Program-made: the position numbers and the translations under genes
Notes under the pieces: generated by a model
The model's database searches: none
Told to the model about the DNA's origin: nothing
What the model saw: only the letters and a program-made list of their open reading frames with translations
Source of the DNA: an uncultured Alphaproteobacteria bacterium
Lineage (GTDB): Bacteria; Pseudomonadota; Alphaproteobacteria; Rhizobiales; Kaistiaceae
Assembly (NCBI GenBank): GCA_963812275.1
Contig: CAWEUQ010000008.1
Span: 122,104-186,103, forward strand
Direction of reading: 5' to 3'
DNA length: 64,000 nt
In this document: positions 33,262 through 43,078 of the stretch, piece after piece
Layout: every line of letters starts with the position of its first letter
Position numbering within the stretch: position 1 is the stretch's first letter

Positions 33262-34680
33262 ATGCCAGCGCCTTTCGACGAAATGTACCAGGGTGACGGC
33301 AAGAGCCGTCCCGGATATGAACTGATCAAACGCTGGCTCGACTCGGAGACACCTGAGTCCCTTGCCCATCGCAGGCTTGAGGCAGAGCTTCTTTTCCGCC
33401 GGATCGGCATCACGTTCGCCGTTTACGGCGACGAGGAGGCCGAAGAGCGGATCATCCCCTTCGATATCGTTCCGCGGGTTCTGACCAAGACGGAATGGCG
33501 GAAGCTCGCCGCGGGACTCGAGCAACGCGTCGCCGCGCTCAACATGTTCCTCGCCGATATCTACGGCCCCGGCGAAATCCTGAAGGCAGGTCTCATTCCC
33601 CCGGATCTCGTCTACCGCAACCCCTATTTCCGACCGGAGATGATGGGGCTCAAGCTGCCCCACGACATCTACATCCAGATCGCCGGGATCGACCTGGTGC
33701 GGACCGACGCCGAGGACTTCTACGTCCTTGAGGACAATGCCCGCACCCCGTCCGGCGTCTCCTACATGCTGGAGAACCGGGAAGTGATGATGCGGGTCTT
33801 CCCCGATCTCTTCGCCGAATACCGCATCGATCCGGTCGAGACCTACCCCGAGGAACTTCTGGCGACGCTGACCTCCGTCGCGCCGGCCTCGGCGCCCGGC
33901 GAACCGGCGGTGGCCCTGCTGACACCGGGGCCGCTCAACAGCGCCTATTACGAGCATTCCTTCCTCGCCGACAAGCTTGGCATCGATCTGGTCGAGGGCA
34001 GCGATCTTCTGGTTCGCGACAACATCGTCTTCATGCGCACGACCGAGGGCCCGAAACGCGTCGACGTCCTCTACCGCCGTCTCGATGACGACTACCTCGA
34101 TCCCCTCACCTTTCTTCCAACTTCGGTGCTCGGCGTACCGGGGCTGATGAACGCCTATCGGGCCGGCAACATCACGCTGGCCAACGCCGTCGGCACCGGC
34201 GTCGCCGACGACAAGGCGGTCTATACCTACATGCCGGAGATCGTGCGCTTCTATCTCGGGGCCGAGCCGATCCTCAAGAATGTCCCGACCTGGCGCTGCC
34301 GGGAAAAGGACGCCTGCGCCCATGTCCTCGAAAATCTCCACGAACTGGTCGTCAAGGAAGTCGCGGGCTCCGGCGGCTACGGCATGCTGATCGGTCCCGC
34401 CGCCGACAAGGCGACCCGCGAGGAATTCGCCGCCAAGATCAAGGCGGATCCCGACAATTTCATCGCCCAGCCGACACTGGCGCTGTCGACCTGCCCGACC
34501 GTGGTCGACGCCGGCATCGCCCCGCGCCATGTCGATCTCCGGCCCTTCGTGCTCTACGGCGCCGACAAGGTCCGGATCGTTCCCGGCGGGCTCACCCGTG
34601 TCGCGCTGAAGGAGGGATCGCTGGTGGTGAATTCGAGCCAGGGCGGCGGCACCAAGGACACCTGGGTGCTCGACGCATGA
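33262..34680 (+). CDS. Circularly permuted type 2 ATP-grasp protein
   Basis: GITFAVYG, ERIIPFDIVPR, LEDNARTPSGVSYMLENR, VDVLYRRLDD, HVDLRPF, VVNSSQGGGTKDTWVL. Confidence 0.93.
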   Translation: MPAPFDEMYQGDGKSRPGYELIKRWLDSETPESLAHRRLEAELLFRRIGITFAVYGDEEAEERIIPFDIVPRVLTKTEWRKLAAGLEQRVAALNMFLADIYGPGEILKAGLIPPDLVYRNPYFRPEMMGLKLPHDIYIQIAGIDLVRTDAEDFYVLEDNARTPSGVSYMLENREVMMRVFPDLFAEYRIDPVETYPEELLATLTSVAPASAPGEPAVALLTPGPLNSAYYEHSFLADKLGIDLVEGSDLLVRDNIVFMRTTEGPKRVDVLYRRLDDDYLDPLTFLPTSVLGVPGLMNAYRAGNITLANAVGTGVADDKAVYTYMPEIVRFYLGAEPILKNVPTWRCREKDACAHVLENLHELVVKEVAGSGGYGMLIGPAADKATREEFAAKIKADPDNFIAQPTLALSTCPTVVDAGIAPRHVDLRPFVLYGADKVRIVPGGLTRVALKEGSLVVNSSQGGGTKDTWVLDA

Positions 34681-34699
34681 TGTCAGGGACTTTCGCCCC

Positions 34700-35644
34700 A
34701 TGCTGAGCCGTACCGCCGACACGCTGTTCTGGCTCGGCCGCTATGTCGAGCGCGCCGACAACACGGCCCGGATCATCGACGCCGCCAACCGGCTGGCGAC
34801 GGTGCCCGATTCACTCGCAGGCGAGACCAGCGAATGGGAGCCGGCGCTGGCCGCCGCCGGCGTGCTGGCGAAATTCAGCCAGCAGCATGACGAAGTCGAT
34901 CGTGACCCGGCCATCGATTTCCTCGCCTTTTCGCCGGACAATTTCTCGAGCATCAAGAATTGCCTCGGCACCGCGCGCGCCAATGCCCGCGCCGTACGCA
35001 CCGCGCTCACCGCCGAGATGTGGGAGGCAATCAACGAGGCGTGGCAGGAACTGAAGCGCTACGACGGGACCAGGATGGACCGGCAGACGCTGAACACCTT
35101 CCTGAGCCGGGTCAAGGAGGCGTGCCTGCGCTTCGACGGCTCGGCCTATCGGACGATGCTGCGCCACGACGCCTACTGGTTCCTGCGCCTCGGCTTCTAT
35201 CTCGAGCGCGCCGACTCCACCGCCCGCATCCTCGACGTCAAGTACCACGTCCTCCTGCCCGAGGAAGCCCACGTCGGCGGCGGTCTCGACTATTTCCAGT
35301 GGTCGTCGATCCTGCGCTCGGTCTCGGCGCTGACCGCCTACCGCTGGGTCTATCACGAGAGCCTCAAGCCGTGGCTGATCGCCGATCTTCTGGTCCTCAA
35401 CGCCCAGATGCCGCGCTCGCTCGCCTCCTGCTACGAGAACCTGGCGACCTTCCTCGATCACCTGTCACTGGCCTATGGCCGTCAGGGGCCGGCCCAGCGC
35501 CAGGCGCGCTCGACGATGACCCGGCTGCAGAATGCCCAGATCTCGGAGATCTTCCAGAACAAGGGCCTGCATGAATTTCTGACCGAATTCATCGACGAGA
35601 ACGCCCGTCTCGGCGAAACCATCGCCAAGCAATATCTGACCTGA
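34700..35644 (+). CDS. Alpha-E domain-containing protein (DUF403 type)
   Basis: MLSRTADTLFWLGRYVERADNTAR and second LERADSTARILDVKY repeat; PRSLASC. Confidence 0.92.
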   Translation: MLSRTADTLFWLGRYVERADNTARIIDAANRLATVPDSLAGETSEWEPALAAAGVLAKFSQQHDEVDRDPAIDFLAFSPDNFSSIKNCLGTARANARAVRTALTAEMWEAINEAWQELKRYDGTRMDRQTLNTFLSRVKEACLRFDGSAYRTMLRHDAYWFLRLGFYLERADSTARILDVKYHVLLPEEAHVGGGLDYFQWSSILRSVSALTAYRWVYHESLKPWLIADLLVLNAQMPRSLASCYENLATFLDHLSLAYGRQGPAQRQARSTMTRLQNAQISEIFQNKGLHEFLTEFIDENARLGETIAKQYLT

Positions 35645-35654
35645 GTCCGTCCAA

Positions 35655-36479
35655 ATGCGCCTCAAGATCCGCCATGAAACATCCTACGTCTACGGGACGC
35701 CCGCCAATCGGGCCATCCAGATCCTGAGGCTGACGCCGCGCGGCCACGACAGTCAGTTCGTCGTCAACTGGCGGATCGACGTCGATCACGACTGCCGGCT
35801 CGATTCGTCCCGCGATCCGTTCGGCAACGCCGTCCACTCCTTCACCGTCGAGGGACCGCTCGACGGCTTGACCATCGTCGCCGAGGGGATCGTCGAAACC
35901 CAGGACAATCACGGGGTCGTCCACGGCCAGGCCGAGCGGCTGCCGCTTCCGGTCTACCTCCGGGACACGCCGCTGACGCGCGCCAGCCCCGGCATCCGCG
36001 CGCTGGCCGAGCAGGCCTCGGCCGCCGCCGGTCCGGATACGTTGCCCATTCTCTACGCGATCATGAACGGCATCCGCGACCGTCTCGATTTCGTCGTCAA
36101 CGTCACTGACTCCGGAACCACCGCCGTCGATGCCTTCTCGCTCGGTCACGGCGTCTGCCAGGATTTCTCCCATATCTTCATCGCCGCCGCGCGCCACATC
36201 GGCCTCCCCGCCCGCTATGTCAGCGGCTACCTGTTCCACAGGGAGATGCTCGACGGTCAGGCGGCCGGTCATGCCTGGGCCGAGGTCCTGGTCGACGATC
36301 TCGGCTGGGTCGCCTTCGATCCGGCCAACGGCATCGCGGCGACGGATTCCTACGTGCGGATCGCCGTCGGCCTCGACTATCTCAGCGCCGCGCCAATCCG
36401 CGGCGCCCGCTACGGCGGCGCCGACGAGACCATGGACGTCAGGATCCTGGTCAACGAGTCGGCCCGGGCAACCGGATAG
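35655..36479 (+). CDS. Transglutaminase family protein
   Basis: MRLKIRHETSYVY, GVCQDFSH (Cys), RYVSGY, HAWAE, FDPAN, GLDYLSAAPIRG. Confidence 0.94.
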   Translation: MRLKIRHETSYVYGTPANRAIQILRLTPRGHDSQFVVNWRIDVDHDCRLDSSRDPFGNAVHSFTVEGPLDGLTIVAEGIVETQDNHGVVHGQAERLPLPVYLRDTPLTRASPGIRALAEQASAAAGPDTLPILYAIMNGIRDRLDFVVNVTDSGTTAVDAFSLGHGVCQDFSHIFIAAARHIGLPARYVSGYLFHREMLDGQAAGHAWAEVLVDDLGWVAFDPANGIAATDSYVRIAVGLDYLSAAPIRGARYGGADETMDVRILVNESARATG

Positions 36480-36686
36480 CCTGGACGAGACCGCGACCTC
36501 ATCAACGTGGAGCGCCCGGTGGCGGACGGGAGGTATACGATTAGGCGCCGCCAGGGCTGGGCGGGCGGAAGCCTTGCGGCGAGTCGCCGAAGCGGCGGCG
36601 AAAGATGCGGTTGAAGTAGGACAGGTCGCCGAAGCCGGCGGCGATTCTGGTCAACGAGTCGGCCCGGGCCACCGGATAGCCTGGAC
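36443..36686 (+). repeat. 44-bp direct repeat of the transglutaminase 3' end (36443-36486 and 36643-36686)
   Basis: GAT[C/T]CTGGTCAACGAGTCGGCCCGGGC[A/C]ACCGGATAGCCTGGAC; 200-bp offset; both mismatches are third codon positions. Confidence 0.92.
36541..36645 (-). pseudogene. Orphan 3' fragment of an AraC-family regulator
   Basis: Translates to IAAGFGDLSYFNRIFRRRFGDSPQGFR...*, the AraC second-HTH signature; cut off exactly at the second repeat copy. Confidence 0.8.
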
Positions 36687-36883
36687 CGGGCAGCAAACTT
36701 GAGCGCATAGCGTATGGTGACGGACGAGCGTCCCTTTGGGCAGTTTTCCGGACGTTGGTCAGGGTCGGCGACGTCTGACGTTCTATGGAAGCCCGTCACT
36801 CGACGGATGGATTGCCGCTCCCGCCCTGTCGCGATTTGGCTTCTGCCGGTTTCTTGGACGCCTTTGGCACCGCCACTGAAACG

Positions 36884-37925
36884 TCAACTGCCGAGCAGTC
36901 GCTTGAACAACCCCGACCTTGGGCGCGGTTCCATGAGTCGTTCAATCGTCGCGTCGATAAGAAGGTCCTCACCCGCCAACAAACCGACACGCCCCTTGCG
37001 GGCTTGCAGGGCACCGCCGGGATCGGAGCCGGCAAGAATTCTCGGGGAAAGGGTCAAGTCCCAGGCCCGAACTTGCCGCCGCGAGGAAATCCCCCACGAA
37101 ACGAACCTGCTCGGGGCGTTCGACGTTCGACAAGTCGAACTGCCATTTGCCCCGTATCCGGCGATTGACCGCCATGTCGACGATCATCGCGAACAGGCGC
37201 AGCCTTTCCTCCGCGCCGATCAGCGGGTTGACGTTCTCCAGGACACCCAGGCACCAGTCGAGAGCATCCTTCCACAACACCTCCTTGGGGCGTTCCAGCA
37301 GGGTATGCGTCAGCGAGCCCGGCCGGATGTGGCGGTAGTACATGAGCTTCGGCACGCGATGCAGTTCGCCGGTTCGAGCGACCGCCATGCACCATGTACT
37401 GACGACGGTGATGGGCAGCGAGGCGCGCATGGCATCGGCGCGGACCAGGCATCGAATGACAGCAGGGTCGTAGCCGGTGACCTGTCGCATCACCCGCTCC
37501 AGCGCGAAACCGGATTCCGACGGCCTCCGCACCAGCCGCTCGATGTCGCCGTAGATCTGCATGTCGCAGTAGATGCTTGCAGCCTGTGGATGACGAACGG
37601 CGTGTTCGACCAGGGTTTCGAGATATTCCGGATCGCAGTGGTCGTCGTGCTGCCAGTAACAGAAGAAATCCTCCCGCAACTGCTCGCCGAGCCACGTCAT
37701 GTTGCCGTCCCAGTTCAACCGTTCGCGTTGAAGAGCGACTTCGACCCGAGGGTCGTCCATGAAGGGTCGGCAGGCATCGTACGAGCGCTGGTCGTTTCCA
37801 TCCACCGAGATCAGGAGCCGATAATGCTCGTAGGTCTGTTGTAGAATCGACTCGAGCGTCCTGCCGACGTGTTCCCACCCCTCGAACAGGGGCATCGCGA
37901 TCAGGATCGAGGGTGAGGAAGGCAT
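36884..37925 (-). CDS. Glycosyltransferase family 2 protein (probable frameshift near 37047)
   Basis: ILIAMPLFEG, ISVDGND, YWQHDD; a shifted frame continues RILAGSDPGG...GLFKRLLGS* to 36884 (uncorrected stop 36969). Confidence 0.8.
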
Positions 37926-39205
37926 CAGCGGTCCCGCTCGCTGCGCGTTGTATCGGCGACGTCGGGGGATGCCCTGCCGCCCCAATAGAATTCCGGTCTT
38001 GGCGGCAAGATCCGTCGCGCGCATTCTGCCGCGAAGAACGGCGCCATCGTGAGCTTTCCCGGATCGATGCTGTGATAGTGGCCAACGGACGTCACGCCGA
38101 TCTCGAATCGCCGGTGCAATTCACTTCCCGGATCGTCAATATCGGTTTCGCCCCAGGCAACGATCGGGCCTCCCCGGACCATGACGTCGTGCGAAGCGTC
38201 GAGGTCACATGAGCCGAGCGCCGGCAATATTCCCGCCAGCGCGTCGAAGGTGCCATGAAGGATTTCCGATCTCAGCGGCTCTGCCGGATAAATCGGCCAG
38301 TTCGGTGGCGACAACTCCGTGGTGAACGCCCGCAGACACGCGGGATACCAGGTAAGGTAGAGCGATCCGTTGGCGTAGCTGACGACCTCCCCGAATGGCC
38401 CCAACACGATAGTGATCGACCGGTCGACATGCGAGCCGGGTGGCGGACGAAAGGCCACGCCATATTTCAGGCGGTGTACCCAGGGCCTCTTCGGACGCAG
38501 CCCTCGTCCGCTGTCGATCGCCAGGCGGCCGTCCCACAGGGCGTTGACCACATGGTCAAATCCGGTTCGTCGCATTCCGCCCGACACCACTGAGACCTCA
38601 AGTCGATCGCTGCCATCAACCGAGACGACCTCCTCGCCAAGCCGGACATCGATGTTTGGCGTCTGCGCGATACGGTCTTTGATAAGCAGCGCCAGGGCGA
38701 CCGGATCGATCGCGACTTCAGGCGATGTGAAGGCCGCGCATATTTCGGCGGGGTTGAATTCGCGCTCCAGGTCCGCCGGCGACCAGGCTCTGATCGGCGC
38801 TCGCAAGTCGATGCCGAAGTAGGCGTCATCGTCCGCCGCCTGCTCCTGAATGAGCGCGTGAACGGCCGAAAGGTAGGCATGGACTTCGTCCGCCGGCCTC
38901 TGGGAATCTCGATGCACGACATAGACCGCCGGATCGGACGTTGGCAGATCGTTGCACGAAACACCTAGAAGAGTGCTGAGGAATGGGGCGAATGAAATAG
39001 CGCCCGTCATCATCATTCGAGCGGTCGCCAGGGTCGGGTCGCCCGCATACATGTAGCCGAGGTGAATCTTGCCCTCGTTGGCGATGGCAGCCCGGCTCAG
39101 CAGTTCCGAATTTCGGTCTATCAGCGTGACGCGCGCGCCGCCGTCTGCCAACGCCATCGCCACGCAACATCCCTGAAGCCCGCCACCCAATACCGCTACA
39201 TCCAT
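37925..39205 (-). CDS. FAD-dependent oxidoreductase (DAO-like) in a glycosyltransferase cluster
   Basis: MDVAVLGGGLQG Rossmann start, ANEGKIHLGYMY, DHVVNALW, SIDPGKLTMAP; TGATG coupling to GT2. Confidence 0.8.
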   Translation of the reverse strand: MDVAVLGGGLQGCCVAMALADGGARVTLIDRNSELLSRAAIANEGKIHLGYMYAGDPTLATARMMMTGAISFAPFLSTLLGVSCNDLPTSDPAVYVVHRDSQRPADEVHAYLSAVHALIQEQAADDDAYFGIDLRAPIRAWSPADLEREFNPAEICAAFTSPEVAIDPVALALLIKDRIAQTPNIDVRLGEEVVSVDGSDRLEVSVVSGGMRRTGFDHVVNALWDGRLAIDSGRGLRPKRPWVHRLKYGVAFRPPPGSHVDRSITIVLGPFGEVVSYANGSLYLTWYPACLRAFTTELSPPNWPIYPAEPLRSEILHGTFDALAGILPALGSCDLDASHDVMVRGGPIVAWGETDIDDPGSELHRRFEIGVTSVGHYHSIDPGKLTMAPFFAAECARRILPPRPEFYWGGRASPDVADTTRSERDR

Positions 39206-39282
39206 CCCGACGATCCCGCTCTCCTGCTTCTTCGGATGCTGACGCCCGCACACTAGCCGCATCGAGGGGCGCAAGCAGTTGC

Positions 39283-40119
39283 CTACCGGTTCCACTCCCA
39301 GAAATGGAGTCGTGTCGGAGCCGAAAGGTCAAACGTCGGGTAGTCGAAGCGCGGCAGCCTTTTGAGGAGAGCCCCACGTTCGGGGATCGCAAGCGATGCC
39401 TTGGTGAATTCGCGACGGTTTACGTGCCAACCACGTTGGAGATCGCGTTCCGAGAATTGCCTGTTGAGATATTTCTGGAGCGCATGCTGCTGACTGCGGA
39501 CAATATAGTGGCGCAGGATCAATTCCCGGTCGGAGATGCGCAGGTCGTCACATTCGAAGCGATGACCACCGGTCCGCTCCATCGAGCCCTGCAAGCCGGC
39601 CTTCCAGATACGAACGAGTCGCACGGGAACCGGACGAAAGTGGTAGTAGTTTAAGTTGTTCTCCAGATGATTATCCAAATCCCGGTCGACCGGAAGCATC
39701 ACAACCTCCTGCAAATTGATCGCGCTGAAACCGCGTTGATCGGCCAGTTCGATCTCTGCTCGCAGGCCTCCAAATCGATCGGGGGATTGCATCAACTCGT
39801 CGCTATCATGATTGACAATCCAGCCTTCCGAGATGGAACGCGCTTCCTTCATTTTCGCTTCGAGAAGGGCTGAATGGTCGTAATGACCAGGATACGGCAA
39901 CCTGACGATCTTCTTGAGATTTGAATATCGGCCGCTTTCCAGTTCGGGGAGGGTTAAATCTTGAGACCCATTGTCAACAACGATCACCCTCACCGCTTCT
40001 CTTTCGAAGTAGCTCAAGAGAAACGGTAGATAGGCCCACTCGTTGCGAGTGGAAAGAATTGCCGTAATTGGGAGCATTCGCGTGCTTCTGTCAGGCTCAG
40101 GCGCGCAAGGATTCGACAC
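39283..40119 (-). CDS. Glycosyltransferase family 2-like protein
   Basis: AILSTRNE, VIVVDNGSQD, WIVNHDSDE, GGHR, LRHY; visibly lower GC with TTA codons. Confidence 0.8.
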   Translation of the reverse strand: MSNPCAPEPDRSTRMLPITAILSTRNEWAYLPFLLSYFEREAVRVIVVDNGSQDLTLPELESGRYSNLKKIVRLPYPGHYDHSALLEAKMKEARSISEGWIVNHDSDELMQSPDRFGGLRAEIELADQRGFSAINLQEVVMLPVDRDLDNHLENNLNYYHFRPVPVRLVRIWKAGLQGSMERTGGHRFECDDLRISDRELILRHYIVRSQQHALQKYLNRQFSERDLQRGWHVNRREFTKASLAIPERGALLKRLPRFDYPTFDLSAPTRLHFWEWNR

Positions 40120-40594
40120 GATGCCATTCGATTCGGCGGAGCGAACTGCTTCTCCTCGGCCCGAAATGATACCTGTGCACCATACGTCTTCCTTCCGAGG
40201 CCACGAATCCCAAGTCCACCGGCGGAGAAGTCTTTCCTAATCCGGGACCTCGGGCAAGGTCTTGTCCTCGCGTTGCCTTGTGCGGCCGCGTTTGAACAAC
40301 GGAACCGCATCCGGAGAATGTACAGGGCTGCGCGCTTGCGACTCCACGCCCTGGCGATTTCGGGCTGAACCGGCTGGCGGTATGCCAGGCCCGGGCACGC
40401 GCCGCCGCACAAAAGCGGTTTCGATGGTCGATCCCCGGATCGTCCAGTCAGGCGGTCGGACGCGATGCCGGTTTCCTGGACTGTTGGCATCTGGCAACGC
40501 GGCAATATGCGGGGGGCGTCGCGCGAGATTCCGATTGCCAGCGGGCCGACTTCCCCCGACAGTCACGGCCGGAACGGAATCGTATTGAACCTCG

Positions 40595-41341
40595 ATGACA
40601 TATTGCGTGGGCATTCTGGTGCAGGAAGGGTTGGTGATGATCGCCGACACCCGCACCAATGCCGGTCTCGACAATATCGCGGTTTTCCGCAAGCTCCAGC
40701 ATTTCGAGGAACCCGGGACCTGCGTCTTCGGGCTTGCCACCGCCGGTAATCTGGCGGTCAGCCAATCGGTGCTGACGCTGATCACCGAAGGCTTCGAGAA
40801 CCCGAAAACCGGCGAGATCGAAACGCTGATCAGGGCTCCCAGCATGTTCAAGGCCGCCCAGCTGGTCGGCCGCGCCATCCGCGAGGTCCACCGCGTCGAT
40901 GGCATCTCCGAGGAAATGGCGCAGTCCGGCCAGTTCGACGTGACGGTGCTGCTCGGCGGCCAGGTCAAGGGCGGCCGGCTCAGGCTGTTCATGATCTATT
41001 CGGCGGGCAATTTCATCGAGGCGACCACCGACACGCCCTACCTGCAGATCGGCGAGCACAAATACGGCAAGCCGATCCTCGATCGGGCGATCACCGAGAA
41101 GACCGACCTCTACGACGCGCTGAAGATCGGGCTGATCTCGATGGATTCGACCATCCGCTCCAATCTGACGGTCGGGCTGCCGATCGACCTGCTCGTCGTC
41201 CACCGCGACGCGATCGAGCCGGACCTGATCTATCGTATCGACGAGACCGAGCCCTATTTCCACGATCTGCGCGAGCACTGGTCGGCGGCATTGCGCGAAG
41301 CGCATCAGGCGATCCCGAAGCCGCCCTACAGCATGGAATAG
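40595..41341 (+). CDS. Proteasome-type protease (Anbu)
   Basis: MTYCVGI (Thr1 nucleophile), ADTRTNAGLDNI, AGNLAVSQ, YSAGNFIEAT, QIGEHKYGKPILDR, SMDSTIRSNLTVGLP. Confidence 0.93.
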   Translation: MTYCVGILVQEGLVMIADTRTNAGLDNIAVFRKLQHFEEPGTCVFGLATAGNLAVSQSVLTLITEGFENPKTGEIETLIRAPSMFKAAQLVGRAIREVHRVDGISEEMAQSGQFDVTVLLGGQVKGGRLRLFMIYSAGNFIEATTDTPYLQIGEHKYGKPILDRAITEKTDLYDALKIGLISMDSTIRSNLTVGLPIDLLVVHRDAIEPDLIYRIDETEPYFHDLREHWSAALREAHQAIPKPPYSME

Positions 41342-41356
41342 GCCGCATCGCCGTGG

Positions 41357-43078
41357 TCAGGCATTGATCAGAGACGCGTCGGCACCGGCAATTTCGATCG
41401 TCGCCGTCGCGATAGCGGTTCCCCCGTAGGTGTCCTGGACCGTGTAGGTGAAGCTGTCGTAGGCAGTGTCGTCGGCGGCAAGGTTCTCGAACGCGCCGTT
41501 GGGATCATAGGCGAATGTGCCATCGGCGTTGATCGTCACCAGCGCGCCGGAGTCGAGCGTGACGACCTCACCATCGGAGACGGCTTCGCCGCCGATCGCT
41601 GTGACGGCGAACGAGTCGCCATCGTCGACATCGAAATCGGCACCGTTACCGTTGTCGTCGAACAGGTTGCCGCCCACGACAGACGCTTCGTCGGTCTGAA
41701 ACCCATCGTTCTGCGCTTCCGGATTGTCGTTGACTCCACCGATGCCAACGATGTTCGAGAACGCGGTCGACGCGCCGTGCCGGTCGGTCGCGGTGAAATT
41801 GATGGTCACGTTGGTGACTTGACCCTCGGCCAGATGGTCGAAGCCGACATTCGTGTCGAGCTTGAACGAGCCGTCGCCGTTATCGACGATCGACAAACCG
41901 GCCGGAACATCGATCGCGTAGGTCAGGGTTGCGGCGTTGTCGTCGGAATCGCGATCGGTGACCCAGTAGCCGTAAACCGCGGGACCGCTGTCCTCGAACT
42001 TGATCTCAATTCCGATCGGCCCAAATGGGCGGGTGGGCGCATCGTTCTCGCCGGTTATCCGGATCGTCGCCGTCGCATGATTGCTTTCCGCGCCGTGGCT
42101 GTCTGTGGCCCAATAGGTGAAGGCGAAGTCCCGCGTCTCTCCCTCCGCGAGCGCCTGCACGTCGTCGCCCATGACCAGGGAGAACGTGCCATGCTCATCG
42201 TTGAGGAAGTCGGCGGTCGGATTGGGAAATGAGCCGGCAAACGGCGGGGTCTGCATTCCAGGACTGGTGTAGAGCAGCGTTCCGGGGTCATCCTCCGGAT
42301 CGGCGTCGTCGGCGTCAAAGGCGTAGACACCGGCTGCCTGATCTTCGCTCACTTCGTAGACCACGTCCGATGCAACCGGGGCCGTGTTGTCATCGACGCC
42401 GTCGATGGTGATCTGGAACGTCCGGGTGATTGTATTCGTCCCGTCGGACAGGTCGAAGGTCACGGTGTCTGTCGCCGAGTCGCCCGTGTTCAGGTCCTCG
42501 AACTGACCGTTGGGGTCATAGACGAATGTGCCGTCTGCGTTGACCGTCACGAGCGCCCCGGAGGCCAGGGTAAGCTCAATGCCGACCGCAGCCGCATTGC
42601 CGTCGACGCCGCTGATGGTGATCGTGTCCCTCTCGAAATCGAAGGCATCGGAAGCGGCCAGCAGGTCACCGCTGAACCCATGATCCTCGTCGGTGGACAG
42701 CGCCACGTCGTCGGCGATCACCGGGTTGTTGCGGCCGTCGAGGAAAATTTCCGCGTTGTCGAAATGGAGCGTCTCGATGCCGATCAGCGCATCAGTGTCG
42801 CCGGAAGCCGCGTCGGTCACAAAGAGGGTCGGTCCCAGCGACAAGAAGCCGTGGTCCTGTGCCCGGCCGGCGAAGACCGCGGTATCGTTCCCCGCGCCGC
42901 CGTCGATAAAGTCGCTTCCGGCGCCACCTGTGATGATGTCGTCGCCCTTGCCGGCAAGGATTACGTCATTCCCACCGCCGGCGTCGATCGTATCGTCACC
43001 CCTCCCCGACAGGATGAGGTCGAAAAAGGCTGTCCCGAGAAGGTTGTCGGCACCCCTCCCCCCGATCAGTACGGACAT
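41357..43078 (-). CDS. Calcium-binding RTX-repeat protein with tandem VCBS/Ig-like (cadherin-like) domains
   Basis: Six GGxGxD-type nonapeptides at the N-terminus; repeated LASGALVTVNADGTFVYDPNGQFEDL / LDSGALVTINADGTFAYDPNGAFENL, GENDAP and GVNDNP motifs; AGGGGGAG RBS. Confidence 0.85.
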   Translation of the reverse strand: MSVLIGGRGADNLLGTAFFDLILSGRGDDTIDAGGGNDVILAGKGDDIITGGAGSDFIDGGAGNDTAVFAGRAQDHGFLSLGPTLFVTDAASGDTDALIGIETLHFDNAEIFLDGRNNPVIADDVALSTDEDHGFSGDLLAASDAFDFERDTITISGVDGNAAAVGIELTLASGALVTVNADGTFVYDPNGQFEDLNTGDSATDTVTFDLSDGTNTITRTFQITIDGVDDNTAPVASDVVYEVSEDQAAGVYAFDADDADPEDDPGTLLYTSPGMQTPPFAGSFPNPTADFLNDEHGTFSLVMGDDVQALAEGETRDFAFTYWATDSHGAESNHATATIRITGENDAPTRPFGPIGIEIKFEDSGPAVYGYWVTDRDSDDNAATLTYAIDVPAGLSIVDNGDGSFKLDTNVGFDHLAEGQVTNVTINFTATDRHGASTAFSNIVGIGGVNDNPEAQNDGFQTDEASVVGGNLFDDNGNGADFDVDDGDSFAVTAIGGEAVSDGEVVTLDSGALVTINADGTFAYDPNGAFENLAADDTAYDSFTYTVQDTYGGTAIATATIEIAGADASLINA

